From contig NC_042997.1 in NCBI RefSeq assembly GCF_006345805.1, forward strand, positions 158,472,001 through 158,536,000: DNA of 64,000 bases, given 5' to 3'. The DNA comes from Octopus sinensis. Taxonomy: Eukaryota. Shown piece by piece: positions 52,083 to 63,766 of the stretch. Numbering within the stretch: position 1 is the first letter of the stretch; every line of letters starts with the position of its first letter. A program made the position numbers and the translations under genes. The notes under the pieces were generated by a model. That model ran no database searches. It saw only the letters and a list, made by a program, of their open reading frames with translations, and had not been told where the DNA came from.

Positions 52083-52165
52083 CATACTTTATTTAAAAGC
52101 AGCAGAAATATAACAAAAGCTGTTACTCAGAGTTTCACGTTCCCGTTCGTCGGTTAGTTTTGTGA
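51855..52165 (-). mobile_element. PLE pLTR-like copy (44405 family) split by a TA microsatellite, carrying a hammerhead with damaged stem I at 52120-52157
   Basis: GAAACAAGGTG...GGTAGAGTAATATGCTTTATTT [microsatellite] TTTATTTAAAAGCAGCAG...GTTACTCAGAGTTTCACGTTCCCGTTCGTCGG. Confidence 0.78.
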
Positions 52166-52975
52166 AAATAAAACAGAAATAACGATATGATCAAAACTAG
52201 TTAAAGGATACACCTTTGAAAATGGATTTGTTTCATTGGTCCTTTCAAATAATGGTCTTAAGCATGCGATAAACAAATTAAACAAACTAAATTAATTCAA
52301 TATAAATTCATCCTATTATGAAAAATCGAGGAAATCTCAAATCGAAGAGCGGATTCAAAATACATATTGTCAATAATTATATATGAAATATAATTCGATT
52401 AATACAATTAATACATTAAAAATTAAGATATTTTACAACAGTATATACACATACTAACCCATCAATATACATATATACATCAAAATACATTGATGGGATA
52501 TACACAGACCACATACATATGCAGACATATATGTAAGACGTAAATATATAGACACAAATACACATATACATATGTATACGTATGTACGCAATCTTGTCTG
52601 CATGCAAAAATCACTTAGTGTATACATATAGACTGAAGTAAAACGCAGAGAGGGGTAAAGAAAAAGAAAAGGGAAGAATATTAGTGAAAGAAGTGAGTAA
52701 GAGAAGAGGAAGGGCGTGCAAAGTTACGATGAAATGGGTTAAAAAGAGAGATAAATATCAAAGTGATATTAATTTTTGACATTATCGATTTTGATATTGT
52801 CAATATGGACATATCGGCAATAACGCGCGTCGTCGTTTTAGTGTGTATTATTTAGTATAATAATTTTTAGTACAATATTAATAACATATTTAAATGTATA
52901 TTTTATTATAGATGATATATTTCATTATATGTTGAATTACTTTGTGGAGGTTCTGTCACTTAACTCTCTATATGT

Positions 52976-53016
<41 letters not shown>

Positions 53017-53048
53017 CATGTATATATACATGTACACACACAAACACA

Positions 53049-53115
<67 letters not shown>

Positions 53116-53228
53116 ACATGTACATATATATATACTTATACACATACATAAATATACATGTATATATACGTTTAAATATTGTTGTGCAAGATTTTTTATG
53201 TGAAGTCGTGTGTTGAAACAGATATTGT

Positions 53229-55382
53229 TATATTTCGGAATGGTCATATTGCCAGTTTAGCCAATAAAAACACACGCACTATATATTTGGTGTTATTTTG
53301 CTTCAGTGATATTTATTTTTTACATTAATCTTAATCTTATTTCGGCCAGAGTTCTTTCGTCACACTCCTGTGACCGCATCAGTGGTCCTTTGTTTTCTTC
53401 TCACTTATTTGTGTCTCTCCTTACTAATCGTCAGCCATTTTGTATTTCTATTGCATGTCTTCATTTGCGCATGCTTATATCTCTATGTGCGTCTATGTTT
53501 ATTTAGTGTGTGGGTGGGGGGGATGCCTGTAATGTTTGTATCTTCTGTTTATATACATTCTTGTAATTTGTATTTCGTTTTTGTTGTTGTTGCTTTTGTT
53601 CTAATTTTGTTCATGTGTTTACATCCACCCATTATTATCATTACATATGCTTGTATGTATGTATAACAACAATATTAGTAATAATAATAATAAATCTAAT
53701 CGAAAAAAAAAATTTTTTTAAATAAAAATAAAAAATAAAAAAAATATCTATATACATATATATATATACACACATATATACACATATACATATATATATA
53801 TATATACACATATACATACATAGATATATACACATATATATATAGTTATTCATTTCTATCTGTTTATTTACCTGTGTATTTATTATGTTTTCAGGATCCT
53901 CTATCGTCATATGTTGTGGTGTGTGCTATTGCTTCATTCTAGTTTTCTATTCAGGCTAGGTTTATTTTCTATTATATGTGTAGCTTCTGTAATTTGTCTA
54001 ATTGTTGCATCTGTTCTATGTGTGGACAATATCTTAATCTCTATGTTATTGATTGATCCCCCGTGTTCCTGTTCGGCGTGTTGGTACAGAATCGATGAGC
54101 TTTTACCTTCCTTGAGTTGTCTCCAATGTACATTCACCCGCTCTCCAATGCTTCTTGCTGTTTCCCCTACGTATGTTACTGTCTCGTTACTGCATCGTCC
54201 CTCTATACATCTTATACTATAGACTACATTTCTGGCTTTACAGTTTGTTTGTGGGCTAAATCTACATACAGTGCAATAGTTATCCGTACAGAGGGTTCTA
54301 CTAAAAGGATAGGTTCTACCAATTATAGATCTGATAGGTTGCCTGGCTTTTCAACAACCTTAATTCTTAGTTTAAGTTTATCTAGGGTCCTTCTAAAGCG
54401 GTACGCCAGTTCACCTCCAGGGGGGTGTCAACGAACATGACACTCTGGTATTATGGCTATCATACCAAGAGTTGGCCTTCCCTATTTTCTTTTTTGTCCT
54501 TTCTATAGTGTTCCATGACTTGTTCCTATAGATTGGCAAATCCCATTCCTATCATTACATAATATATTATCAAATTTCTTCATGGCTCCTTTGTAACTCT
54601 GATCCTTCTTTATGGCTGTAACCTGAGAACTGCATGCGGTGAATGAAATACTGTATGTGTCTCTTTAATTCTGTAGGCTCACACATGCGTGACACATTTC
54701 TCATTATTCTGACGAGGTCTGCCATCAAAATATTGAATTTGGCATTGCCCGCAATGGCTGAGTTCCGGTGGATCAGGTATTTTGAGGCCATAGGTTTTGC
54801 ATAGTATGAATGAAGGATTTGGGTTTTTTTTCACAATTTCTAGCCAGAGTTCAGTGTCTAGTACTGGTAGTCTATGGTTGGGGTGTTTAGTGGGGTAGTA
54901 TATGTGACCTTAATACTCTGGTGGATGGAGTTAGCTATTTGCTGGATGCTCTCCATAGTATTAGTTTCTATTACTATATCAACATTACTCTCTTGTGGGG
55001 GTGCCTTTTTTACCATGGTTGATATCATCAACATAGCGAGAGTACATGTTTACGAGTATGGATTTCTGCAGTAGGCATTCTTTAAGCCTTCTGTCCCACC
55101 ATACCATGAAGAGGTGGCCACATCACCAGCGATACTAACACCGATGGCTGCCCCCTCGTCCTGGGCATATATTTTATTATTAAATTTAAATGTGTGGCCT
55201 TTTAGGGTAACTCTTATACTAGCTCCTAGTGCATGTGCGATCATTTTCTTTACCTGATGGACATTTGCGGGGCTCCGTATGGCTCTGGTCCATCCGCGCC
55301 ATCTTTCTATATGTGTCTTCCTAGCCATAGAAGTAATTGTAGGCGGTCTACCTCTTAAACATCTACTAGTAGTTTCTGCCCC
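53229..55382 (-). mobile_element. Penelope-like element, 5'-truncated (RT core, thumb, GIY-YIG, 3' UTR)
   Basis: HTFKFNNKIYAQDEGAAIGVSIAGDVA, YSRYVDDIN, RLPVLDTELW, YYAKPMASKYLIHRNSA, VVYSIRC...YVGETAR. Single-base frameshifts are present. Confidence 0.93.
53344..53388 (-). ncRNA. Hammerhead-like motif with non-canonical position 9 (PLE 3' UTR, left arm)
   Basis: Reverse complement of the 56762 motif. Confidence 0.42.
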
Positions 55383-55387
55383 AGTAG

Positions 55388-56245
55388 ATGTTTAAGAGGT
55401 ATGCCAAATTCAATATTTTGATGGCAGACCTCGTCAGAATAATGAGAAATGTGTCACGCATGTGCGAGCCTACAGAATTAAAGAGACACATACAGTATTT
55501 CATTCACCGCATGCAGTTCTCAGGTTACAGCCATAAAGAAAGGATCAGAGTATACAAAGGAGCCATGAAGAAATTTGATAATATATTATGTAATGATAGG
55601 AATGGGATTTGCCCAATCTATAGGAACAAGTCATGGAACACTATAGAAAGGACAAAAAAGAAAATAGGGAAGGCCAACTCTTGGTATGATAGCCATAAAT
55701 ACCAGAGTGTCATGTTCGTTGACACCACCCCTGGAGGTGAACTGGCGTACCGCTTTAGAAGGACCCTAGATAAACTTAAACTAAGAATTAAGGTTGTTGA
55801 AAAGCCAGGCAACCCTATCAGATCTATAATTGGTAGAACCTATCCTTTTAGTAGAACCCTCTGTACGGATAACTATTGCACTGTATGTAGATTTAGCCCA
55901 CAAACAAACTGTAAAGCCAGAAATGTAGTCTATAGTATAAGATATATAGAGGGACGATGCAGTAACGAGACAGTAACATACGTAGGGGAAACAGCAAGAA
56001 GCATTGGAGAGCGGGTGAATGTACATTGGAGACAACTCAAGGAAGGTAAAAGCTCATCGATTCTGTACCAACACGCCGAACAGGAACACGGGGGATCAAT
56101 CAATAACATAGAGATTAAGATATTGTCCACACATAGAACAGATGCAACAATTAGACAAATTACAGAAGCTACACATATAATAGAAAATAAACCTAGCCTG
56201 AATAGAAAACTAGAATGGAGCAATAGCACACACCACAACATATGA
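55388..56245 (+). CDS. 285-aa ORF: PLE RT thumb, Cys-rich linker and GIY-YIG endonuclease (lacks the RT catalytic core)
   Basis: CTDNYCTVC linker, NVVYSI...YVGETARSIGER, QHAEQEH, EATHI, LNRKLE. The start codon comes from the junction fold-back. Expression is unknown. Confidence 0.6.
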   Translation: MFKRYAKFNILMADLVRIMRNVSRMCEPTELKRHIQYFIHRMQFSGYSHKERIRVYKGAMKKFDNILCNDRNGICPIYRNKSWNTIERTKKKIGKANSWYDSHKYQSVMFVDTTPGGELAYRFRRTLDKLKLRIKVVEKPGNPIRSIIGRTYPFSRTLCTDNYCTVCRFSPQTNCKARNVVYSIRYIEGRCSNETVTYVGETARSIGERVNVHWRQLKEGKSSSILYQHAEQEHGGSINNIEIKILSTHRTDATIRQITEATHIIENKPSLNRKLEWSNSTHHNI

Positions 56246-56920
56246 CGATAGAGGATCCTGAAAACATAATAAATACACAGGTAAATAAACAGATAGAAAT
56301 GAATAACTATATATATGTGTATATATCTATGTATGTATATGTGTATATATATATATATATGTATATGTGTGTATATATGTGTGTATATATATATATGTAT
56401 ATAGATATTTTTTTTTATTTTTTAATTTTTATTTTTTAATTATTTTTTTCGATTAGATTTATTATTATTATTACTAATATTGTTGTTATACATACATACA
56501 AGTATATGTAATGATAATAATGGGTGGATGTAAACACATGAACAAAATTAGAACAAAAGCAACAACAACAAAAACGAAATACAAATTACAAGATGTATAT
56601 AAACAGAAGATACAAATATTACAGGCATCCCCCCCACACACACACACTAAATAAACATAGACGCACATAGAGATATAAGCATGCGCAAAGAAGACATGCA
56701 ATAGAAATACAAAATGGCTGACGGTTAGTAAGGAGAGACAAATAAGTGAGAAGAAAACAAAGGACCACTGATGCGGTCACAGGAGTGTGACGAAAGAACT
56801 CTGGCCGAAATAAGATTAAGATTAATGTAAAAAATAAATATCACTGAAGCAAAATAACACCACTATATAGTGCGTGTGTTTTTATTGGCTAAACTGGCAA
56901 TATGACCGTTCCGAAATATA
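55401..56920 (+). mobile_element. Inverted duplicate of the 3' 1.5 kb of the same PLE
   Basis: Near-identical reverse complement of 53229-54745. Confidence 0.95.
56762..56806 (+). ncRNA. Hammerhead-like motif with non-canonical position 9 (PLE 3' UTR, right arm)
   Basis: CCA-CUGAUG CG-GUCAC AGGAGU GUGAC-GAA-AG AA CU-C/UGG. Confidence 0.42.
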
Positions 56921-57243
56921 AAAATACATATATATATATATACATATAAATATATGTATATATATATATAGATACATATATGTATCTATTCATATGTATA
57001 CATATGTACATATATATATATATATATATATACTTATATATGTAGGTGAATGAATTATCCTATGTTTATCGTCAGCATGGTAAATTCGTTTAACCGAAAC
57101 CTGGGTAGCAAATTCACGTCAGAAACACGGTTGAAGCGACCTGTCAAGGGTAGAAACTCCGGGTTCATGTGCAGAAATTTGTGTGTTGTATATGAATAAA
57201 TGAAAGAATGGAGTCGAACGAAGATGTTAACAAAATTCCTTTA

Positions 57244-57325
57244 CTCTCGACATATGTTTCGAAGACAACATGTTTTCATTCCAAAGGAATAAATGGTGCA
57301 TTATGCAATCTTCTCATCAGGAAAG
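57244..57325 (-). ncRNA. Canonical minimal type I hammerhead ribozyme
   Basis: CUUUC-CUGAUGA-GAAGA (43 nt) UCUUC-GAAAC AUAU GU-C/GAGAG: G10.1-C11.1 pair, GUC triplet, palindromic ACAUAUGU stem III. Confidence 0.87.
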
Positions 57326-57843
57326 AAAGGGATCCTATCTCGACAACAAGACAAACAAAAATTTCGATGACTGCCTACATGGTAAACAAAGCGATAATGA
57401 GTGTTTTTTTAAAGAAACCGTTAGAAGAATTGACGTCAAAGATAGATAGTAGGAAGAGAAGGGTTAAAGAAATAATAGGTAGGGAACAAGTGGAGAGGGA
57501 AGGGTACGTTGACTGAAAGAATGTTCTGCACTGGCAGAAATACACTTTCTACTCATATAAATGATAACGATAGTCACTGTGGTTTGAACAATTAGCTTTA
57601 CGTCCACCCCACTTCTATAGAGAAATTCTTTCCTAAGCCTTCGAACATTCTTTCAATCAACGTACCCTTCCCTCTCCATTTGTTCCCTACCTATTATTCC
57701 TTTAATCCTTCTCTTCCTACTATCTATCTTTGACGTCAATTCTTCTAACGGTTTTAAAAAAAAAACACTCATTATCGCTTTGTTTACCATGTAGGCAGTC
57801 ATCGAAATTTTTGTTTGTCTTGTTGTCGAGATAGGCTCCCTTT

Positions 57844-57925
57844 CTTTCTTGATGAGAAGATTGCATAATGCACCCTTTATTCCTTTGGAATGAAAACATG
57901 TTCTCTTCGAAACATATGTCGAGAG
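57844..57925 (+). ncRNA. Hammerhead ribozyme, C3U variant
   Basis: CUUUC-UUGAUGA-GAAGA...UCUUC-GAAAC AUAU GU-C/GAGAG. Confidence 0.72.
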
Positions 57926-58069
57926 TAAAGGAATTTTGTTAACATCTTCGTTCGACTCCATTCTTTCCTTTATTTATATACTTATATATGTACATATATA
58001 TAAATACATATATATATATATTACACCCCACACACCCCACACACACCCACACACATATGTGTATATATT

Positions 58070-58130
<61 letters not shown>

Positions 58131-58462
58131 ATACAGGCTCACGCATGTGTGACTATAGAATTGGAACACATTATTTTTTAAACATGTTCTCTTACTGACA
58201 ACACATTTGCACAGATTTGATATTTGCATAAAGAAATGTTTCTTATTTCTTTGTTCGTTCTTCATGTTCAATTTGGGACACGAGCTTTCCTAAATCGATT
58301 AATCCATTAAGTCTTAGATTCTATATCAGTCCTATACTCAGAATGATAATGGTGCGCATTGCTGCTTTCATGCAATATGCGTTGGGTGATTTTAATAAAT
58401 ATTCGACACAAATTTTATTTTTTCATCGGTTAATGTGTGTATCTGTGACTGTAAATATACAT

Positions 58463-58501
<39 letters not shown>

Positions 58502-60904
58502 GTTATAACCATCTCGTATATCATGGGATTCAATATAGAAGAGTATTATTAGAAAACAATCTATTATTAGAAAACAATCTATAACAAGTATAGATTGTTT
58601 TCTAGTGATTAACTACCACTGTATTGTATTGCAAAAACTCTTCGTTAAAAGTGCATGGGAAAAATACAGGAGATTGTTGTACTATGACCAATGTAGGACT
58701 TTACAACTTTCATGTTGCAACTATATATTACATCAGTACATTGAAATACTAACTTTTTCTTTGTTTCTGGTTTTCTATAAATAAGTGGCTATTTTTTTTC
58801 AATGAATGTTTTTAGAAAAACATTCTAAATTTTGTCCGGGTTTATGAATTTTTATTTATTTATTTTGTGATCACGCATTCTGTAATCTGGCGTTCATTAC
58901 GTTATTACAGTATAATATATATACTGTGTGTGTGTGTGTATGTTTATTATGGGGGCTGGATGTGATATATCAGACCTAAACCCACACAAAGAAAATTTAA
59001 TTTGTATTTTTTATTGGCTTCGTTTACAAATGTTTCGAGTTACTCGTTGTTATCTAATATTTCTTTCACATATAGCATTTCTGTATTTAGTGTTTCTTTA
59101 GTTGAATAGTGAAGTAAGCATTGATTTTGGAAGTTGCAGGTATAACTTTTGGGGTTATAAGCCTACTTATGTGAATGCTATAAATACGTACTTACACACA
59201 CACACACACACGTACGCACACACACATACACGCACACGTATAAGCTTAAATGAGAAGTGCGCTAGCATATGTCAGAGGGTGTATACGTGTGTGCATGATT
59301 AATGTAACATGACAATATGTGTCTGCGTGGTGTATCTATGTTTGTGAGTGTATACAGGTATGTATGCATTGCATGTATGATATATGTCAGAAGAAGCGAT
59401 ATAAAAACACTGTCGACATTTAGGAGTATGTAGGTTGAGTTAGTGTGACTAATGGAAGGATCGATGTTTGTTGAAGGTTGCAGGTTAAGATGATTTTAAA
59501 CGAAAAATGTGTCATTATTCTTTGTGCACCGATGTTTGATATACAGTGTAAAACGACACGGAGATTGGAGACTGTGACACGTTGAACAGAAATTCGGGTG
59601 TGTTGTGTGTTGTTAAGTCAATATTCAAGATGATATTTTGTAAATTAGTCGTCCGCCAATCTACGAAATATTATTCAAACATACAGCATAGCAGCATACA
59701 TCGACCGGTTTCCCCGTGCTAGTACGTCTACTTCCCGGTCATTTCGGCCTGCACAGCCACTCCGAGAATGCCCTTAGCCAGATTTCCCAAACAGGCGTAA
59801 TGTTTACTGGGAAATTGGACTGCTTAGAGCAAACCTTCTAACCCTCTGATTTCTAGCTTGCATGCAAAAACAATGTAAGGAAAACGGATGTAGAAATTGT
59901 CAGTCATAGAGAAGTTACGCAAATCAGAACTCAAACTGCAAAACGAGACTCAATTTACTGCAAAACATCTTCAACAAAGCTGACAGGGTCCCTGTATATA
60001 AACAATGAAAGCACTTCAATTAAGCGCAGATCTACAAACAAATTCACTGGGGACGCGATAGTGATATCAGCATGAAAAATCCTACTCTTGGGTGCACCGT
60101 CGGATATCATGATTTTGTTTTTACCACTAGTGTATTGTTACTTCATCTGAGAGGGTCAACAGCAGTTAAAAACAATTTCCATGGGAAACTAAAGGAAAGT
60201 ATAGATCTAAAAGGTATATAGAACGAAAATTATAGAAAGATATATGAAACTATTATTTCATACTAAAATGCAATTCTGTTTACCACGATTTCCAAACTCG
60301 AGTTCGCTGCTCACTTGCCAGCTTCAAATAATAGTTAGTTACTTCAAAATATTACCTTAAACCTAGGTTGCGATGTAAGAAAAGGCTTAATCAGCAATTC
60401 CTTAGGGTATCCTTATATATATACTGGTACTGCAAATGCATTTGTTGTACTAGTATTAATACCAATGACTGGAATTCTTGATTGGTATATAGAGGAAATT
60501 CCTTCTATAGATATAATATCTGCATGATCCTGACATTAACCTCGAGCCGCCATGGATTCATTGATATTAACAGTCTCAATTTCAAGAGAAAAGGGAAAGG
60601 AACAGGCGTAATTGTATGCAAAGCCCTTGAGGTTCATACAATATTACTCGGACATTACCAGCTGAACAACAGCAACATCATTTAACATATCAACTGTTCA
60701 AATGTGACCAGCATCTTCTAGCTTGACAGTGCTAATTTCCTGATGATCATCTAGGAGCATTCCATAATCGCGGGAACAGTGTGCCTGAAACAAGACTTAA
60801 AGGAGAATCACTGTCTAGAGAAACAGTTGTACATGAATATGTTTCTCATAACCTTGATAACGGGGATAATATTGGTTTCAAATTTTGGAACAAGGACAGC
60901 AATT

Positions 60905-61082
60905 CCAGAGTAGAGGCTATGTCGATTTTATCGACACCAGTAATCAACTGGTACTGATTTTATCGACCTCGAAAGGGAAAGTCGACCTCATTGGAATTTT
61001 AACTCAAAACTTAAGACGGACGAAATGCTGCTAAATATTTTGACCAGCGTACTGACAATTCACTCAGCTAGATGCCTTAAGG
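60905..61082 (-). mobile_element. SINE (31009 family)
   Basis: Reverse complement gives GAGTTAAAATTCC...GAGGTCGACTTT...GGTCGATAAAATCAGTACCAGTTG. Confidence 0.75.
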
Positions 61083-61108
61083 CCGATGATTATATTAATA
61101 TGAAATTT

Positions 61109-61326
61109 AAGGTGGTAAGCTGGCAGAATTGTTAGCACGTCAGCCACCATTCTTAGCATTTCGTTGGTTTTACGTTTCGAGTTAAAATTACAGTGACGGT
61201 TGAGACGATGCCGTTTATTTTTTCGGAGTCGATAAAACGGATACCAGTTGAGCACTGAATTCGATTTAATCGACTATCTCCATCCTGGAAAATTTCAGGC
61301 CTCGTGCCTAGAGTAGAAAAGAATAT
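61109..61326 (+). mobile_element. SINE (31009 family)
   Basis: AAGCTGGCAGAATTGTTAGCAC...GTCGATAAAACGGATACCAGTTGAGCAC...ATTTCAGGCCTCGTGCC. Confidence 0.8.
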
Positions 61327-61692
61327 TGATATGAAGTGTAACATTAACATGGAAATAACTTCTGGGGTGAGTGCGCTAATTTATGTCACTATTAAAAAGC
61401 GATGTTATTGCAATCCAAGAAAAGCAAATAAATACAAAATAAGTAATGAACCAAAGAGATAGTGAGCATTTAAAACACCATGACGCTAATGAAAATGACG
61501 ATTACATCAAACAAGACTGGAAAAACTTCACGCATGAAATGAGCAGCTTCACCAAACATATCATCTGCGTAATATCTCCCAATGTGACATAATGTTGTTA
61601 CTAACAAAAAGTATAAATTTGTCAGTAAGAAGAGTAAATACAGGCAAAGTCGTAGTGCAAACATAGCAGGCCTTAAACAGTTATTAGAGAGA

Positions 61693-61975
61693 GAGACGTG
61701 GCTGTTTTGGAAGAAGCTTGCTTCTCAAGCACATTTCGAGGTTGAGTTCCACAGCGTATCGCTTTGACCAAGTGGCCTCTACTCTTGCCTCAGGCTGACC
61801 AAATCTTTGTGAGTGGATTTCTTAGATGAAAACTGAAAGAAGTCCGTCATATGTGTATGTTTGTGTGTGTCTTTGTATCTCTGTTTATCCTCCGCTACTG
61901 CTTGCTGTGTTTATGTCCCTCTAACATGGCTGTTGGTCAAAATAGACCTCTAGAAAATGTACCTAGTTTAAGAAA
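61693..61975 (+). mobile_element. SINE (21945 family), degenerate
   Basis: AAGAAGCTTGCTTC...GTGAGTGGATTT...AAACTGAAAGAAGTCCGTC. Confidence 0.7.
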
Positions 61976-62575
61976 TTATCAGTGATTCGTTCCACAAAAA
62001 CTTTTCGGATGACCGCAATCTAATGACAGAAACAATTAAAAGGGAGAGAGAGAGAGAGAGATACACACAGACACACATATGTACTTGCAAATACACATAT
62101 GCACAAATACACTCTTAGACATATGCTTGCAAATAACTATACATTCACACACACACGAAAGTGTGTGCCCATTCTCGACTCATTTTATATTCGTGTGTTT
62201 AATAATCTCGAACTTAAAACAAACGAAATATCGAATGCAAAATTATCAATGAATGCATAAGTGAAAAAGGGTAAAAATGGCTGGATTAGAGTAAAAGCAT
62301 GAATGTATGAATGAATGTTTGAAAGTTTTTCGGATGTACAAACAATCGAGCAAATGTATGCCACAGAACAGCGAAAGCTATATGTCATTGGACAAACGAG
62401 TGAATATAAATAAGAAGAATGACAAATTGACAGTTGCGCTAGTGAACTGAATGAGTAAATGAACGGTTGCTTGAATGAATAGCATAACACAGTATGTACA
62501 AAAAGAATGTAGTTAACCATCTGCTATAAAACCACAGGTTTACTATTAATGTGTGTAATATATATGCATACGTGA

Positions 62576-62962
62576 GTGGAGGCGCAATGGCCCAGTGGTT
62601 ATGGCAGCGGACTCGCGGTCGTAGGATCGCGGTTTCGATTCCCAGACCGGGCGTTGTGAGTGTTTATTGAGCGAAAACACCTAAAGCTCCACGAGGCTCC
62701 GGCAGGGGATGGTGGTGATCCCTGCTGTACTCTTTCACCACAACTTTCTCTCATTCTTTCTTCCTGTTTCTGTTGTACCTGTATTTCAAAGGGCCGGCCT
62801 TGTCACTCTCTGTGTCACGCTGAATATCCCCGAGAACTACGTTGAGGGTACACGTATCTGTGGAGTGCTCAGCCACTTACACGTTAATTTCACGAGCAGG
62901 CTGTTCCGTTGGTCGGATCAACCGGAACCCACATCGTCGTAACCGACGGAGTGCTTCCATCC
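62576..62962 (+). mobile_element. tRNA-derived SINE, well preserved
   Basis: A box TGGCCCAGTGG (62588), B box GTTTCGATTCC (62632), ~300-bp non-tRNA body ending in CGTCGTAACCGACGGAGTGC. Confidence 0.9.
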
Positions 62963-63607
62963 ATATGCATAGGTGTGGACTTACAGATATTCAGCTTGTT
63001 GAACTTTGGTTAACTATTAATCATGGTTATTTGCTTATATTGTACACATACATTGAAACATGATCGTTATTGCACGCGCACACATAAACACTTAACACAC
63101 ATTTAAGCATGCACACACATAGACTTACCTACACATATACAGATTTTTTAGATATCTTTCAAAACATGTGATGTATGTTTTTGTTCTTTTTAAAAATAAT
63201 TGGCTCGTTTCCTTGCGTGCATTTGTTTATTAGTATGCTTCGTGTGTAAGATTTTAGGAGTGTAATCTTATGTGTAAGCATACGCTTTTGAAATTGACCA
63301 TTCTTAGGTTATAGATGTCTAAAATTAAAATATCTGTTTATATTTGCGTCGCTATTAATGACTACCTTGTATATTGCACACATGTAATTCTTCTGCTAAA
63401 TAAGTTGCATTTCCTGTTCGAGGCCCCGATGAAGCTATAGGATGTTATTCAGGCAATCAACTATGGGTGCACTAATGAATTTCATAACATAACCACCATT
63501 ATTCCTGTGTCATCTCCTTTTATTACCGCTCTATGCTTGTCTAACACTTTGTACTGAAACATACGCATATTGATTTCTATAGTAAGTTATTAGTCTCGAA
63601 TGCCTCA

Positions 63608-63766
63608 GTGTGGCTGACTGATAAGAAGCTGGCTTCCCTACCACATGGGTCAGGGTTCTCTCCCACTGCATGCCACCTTGGGCAAGTGCCTTCTACACTA
63701 TAGCCTGTGGCTGACCAAGGCTTTCTGGATAGAATTGGTAGACGAAAGTTGAAAGAAGCCCGCTGT
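63608..63766 (+). mobile_element. SINE (21945 family) 5' half
   Basis: ATAAGAAGCTGGCTTCCCTACCACATGG...CCTTGGGCAAGTGCCTTCTAC...GGTAGACGAAAGTTGAAAGAAGCCCG. Confidence 0.82.

Larger units (their letters stand above)
57188..57980. mobile_element. Fold-back PLE-end element, ~338-bp arms and ~116-bp spacer
   Basis: 57188-57526 is the reverse complement of 57643-57980, with scattered substitutions. Confidence 0.92.

Noticed and set aside
52815-52845. AUAAC GCGC GUC GUC, resembling the 38951 hammerhead stem III
   Set aside because: GAAA and the CUGANGA core are lost.
57208-57961. Twin 102-aa ORFs (57208-57516 + and 57653-57961 -)
   Set aside because: They are mirror images within the fold-back, antisense to the hammerhead, and differ by several amino-acid changes with no sign of constraint or known domain.
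60748-60805. CUGAUGA...GAAAC on the + strand
   Set aside because: There is no GUH after stem III and no stem I or stem II pairing.
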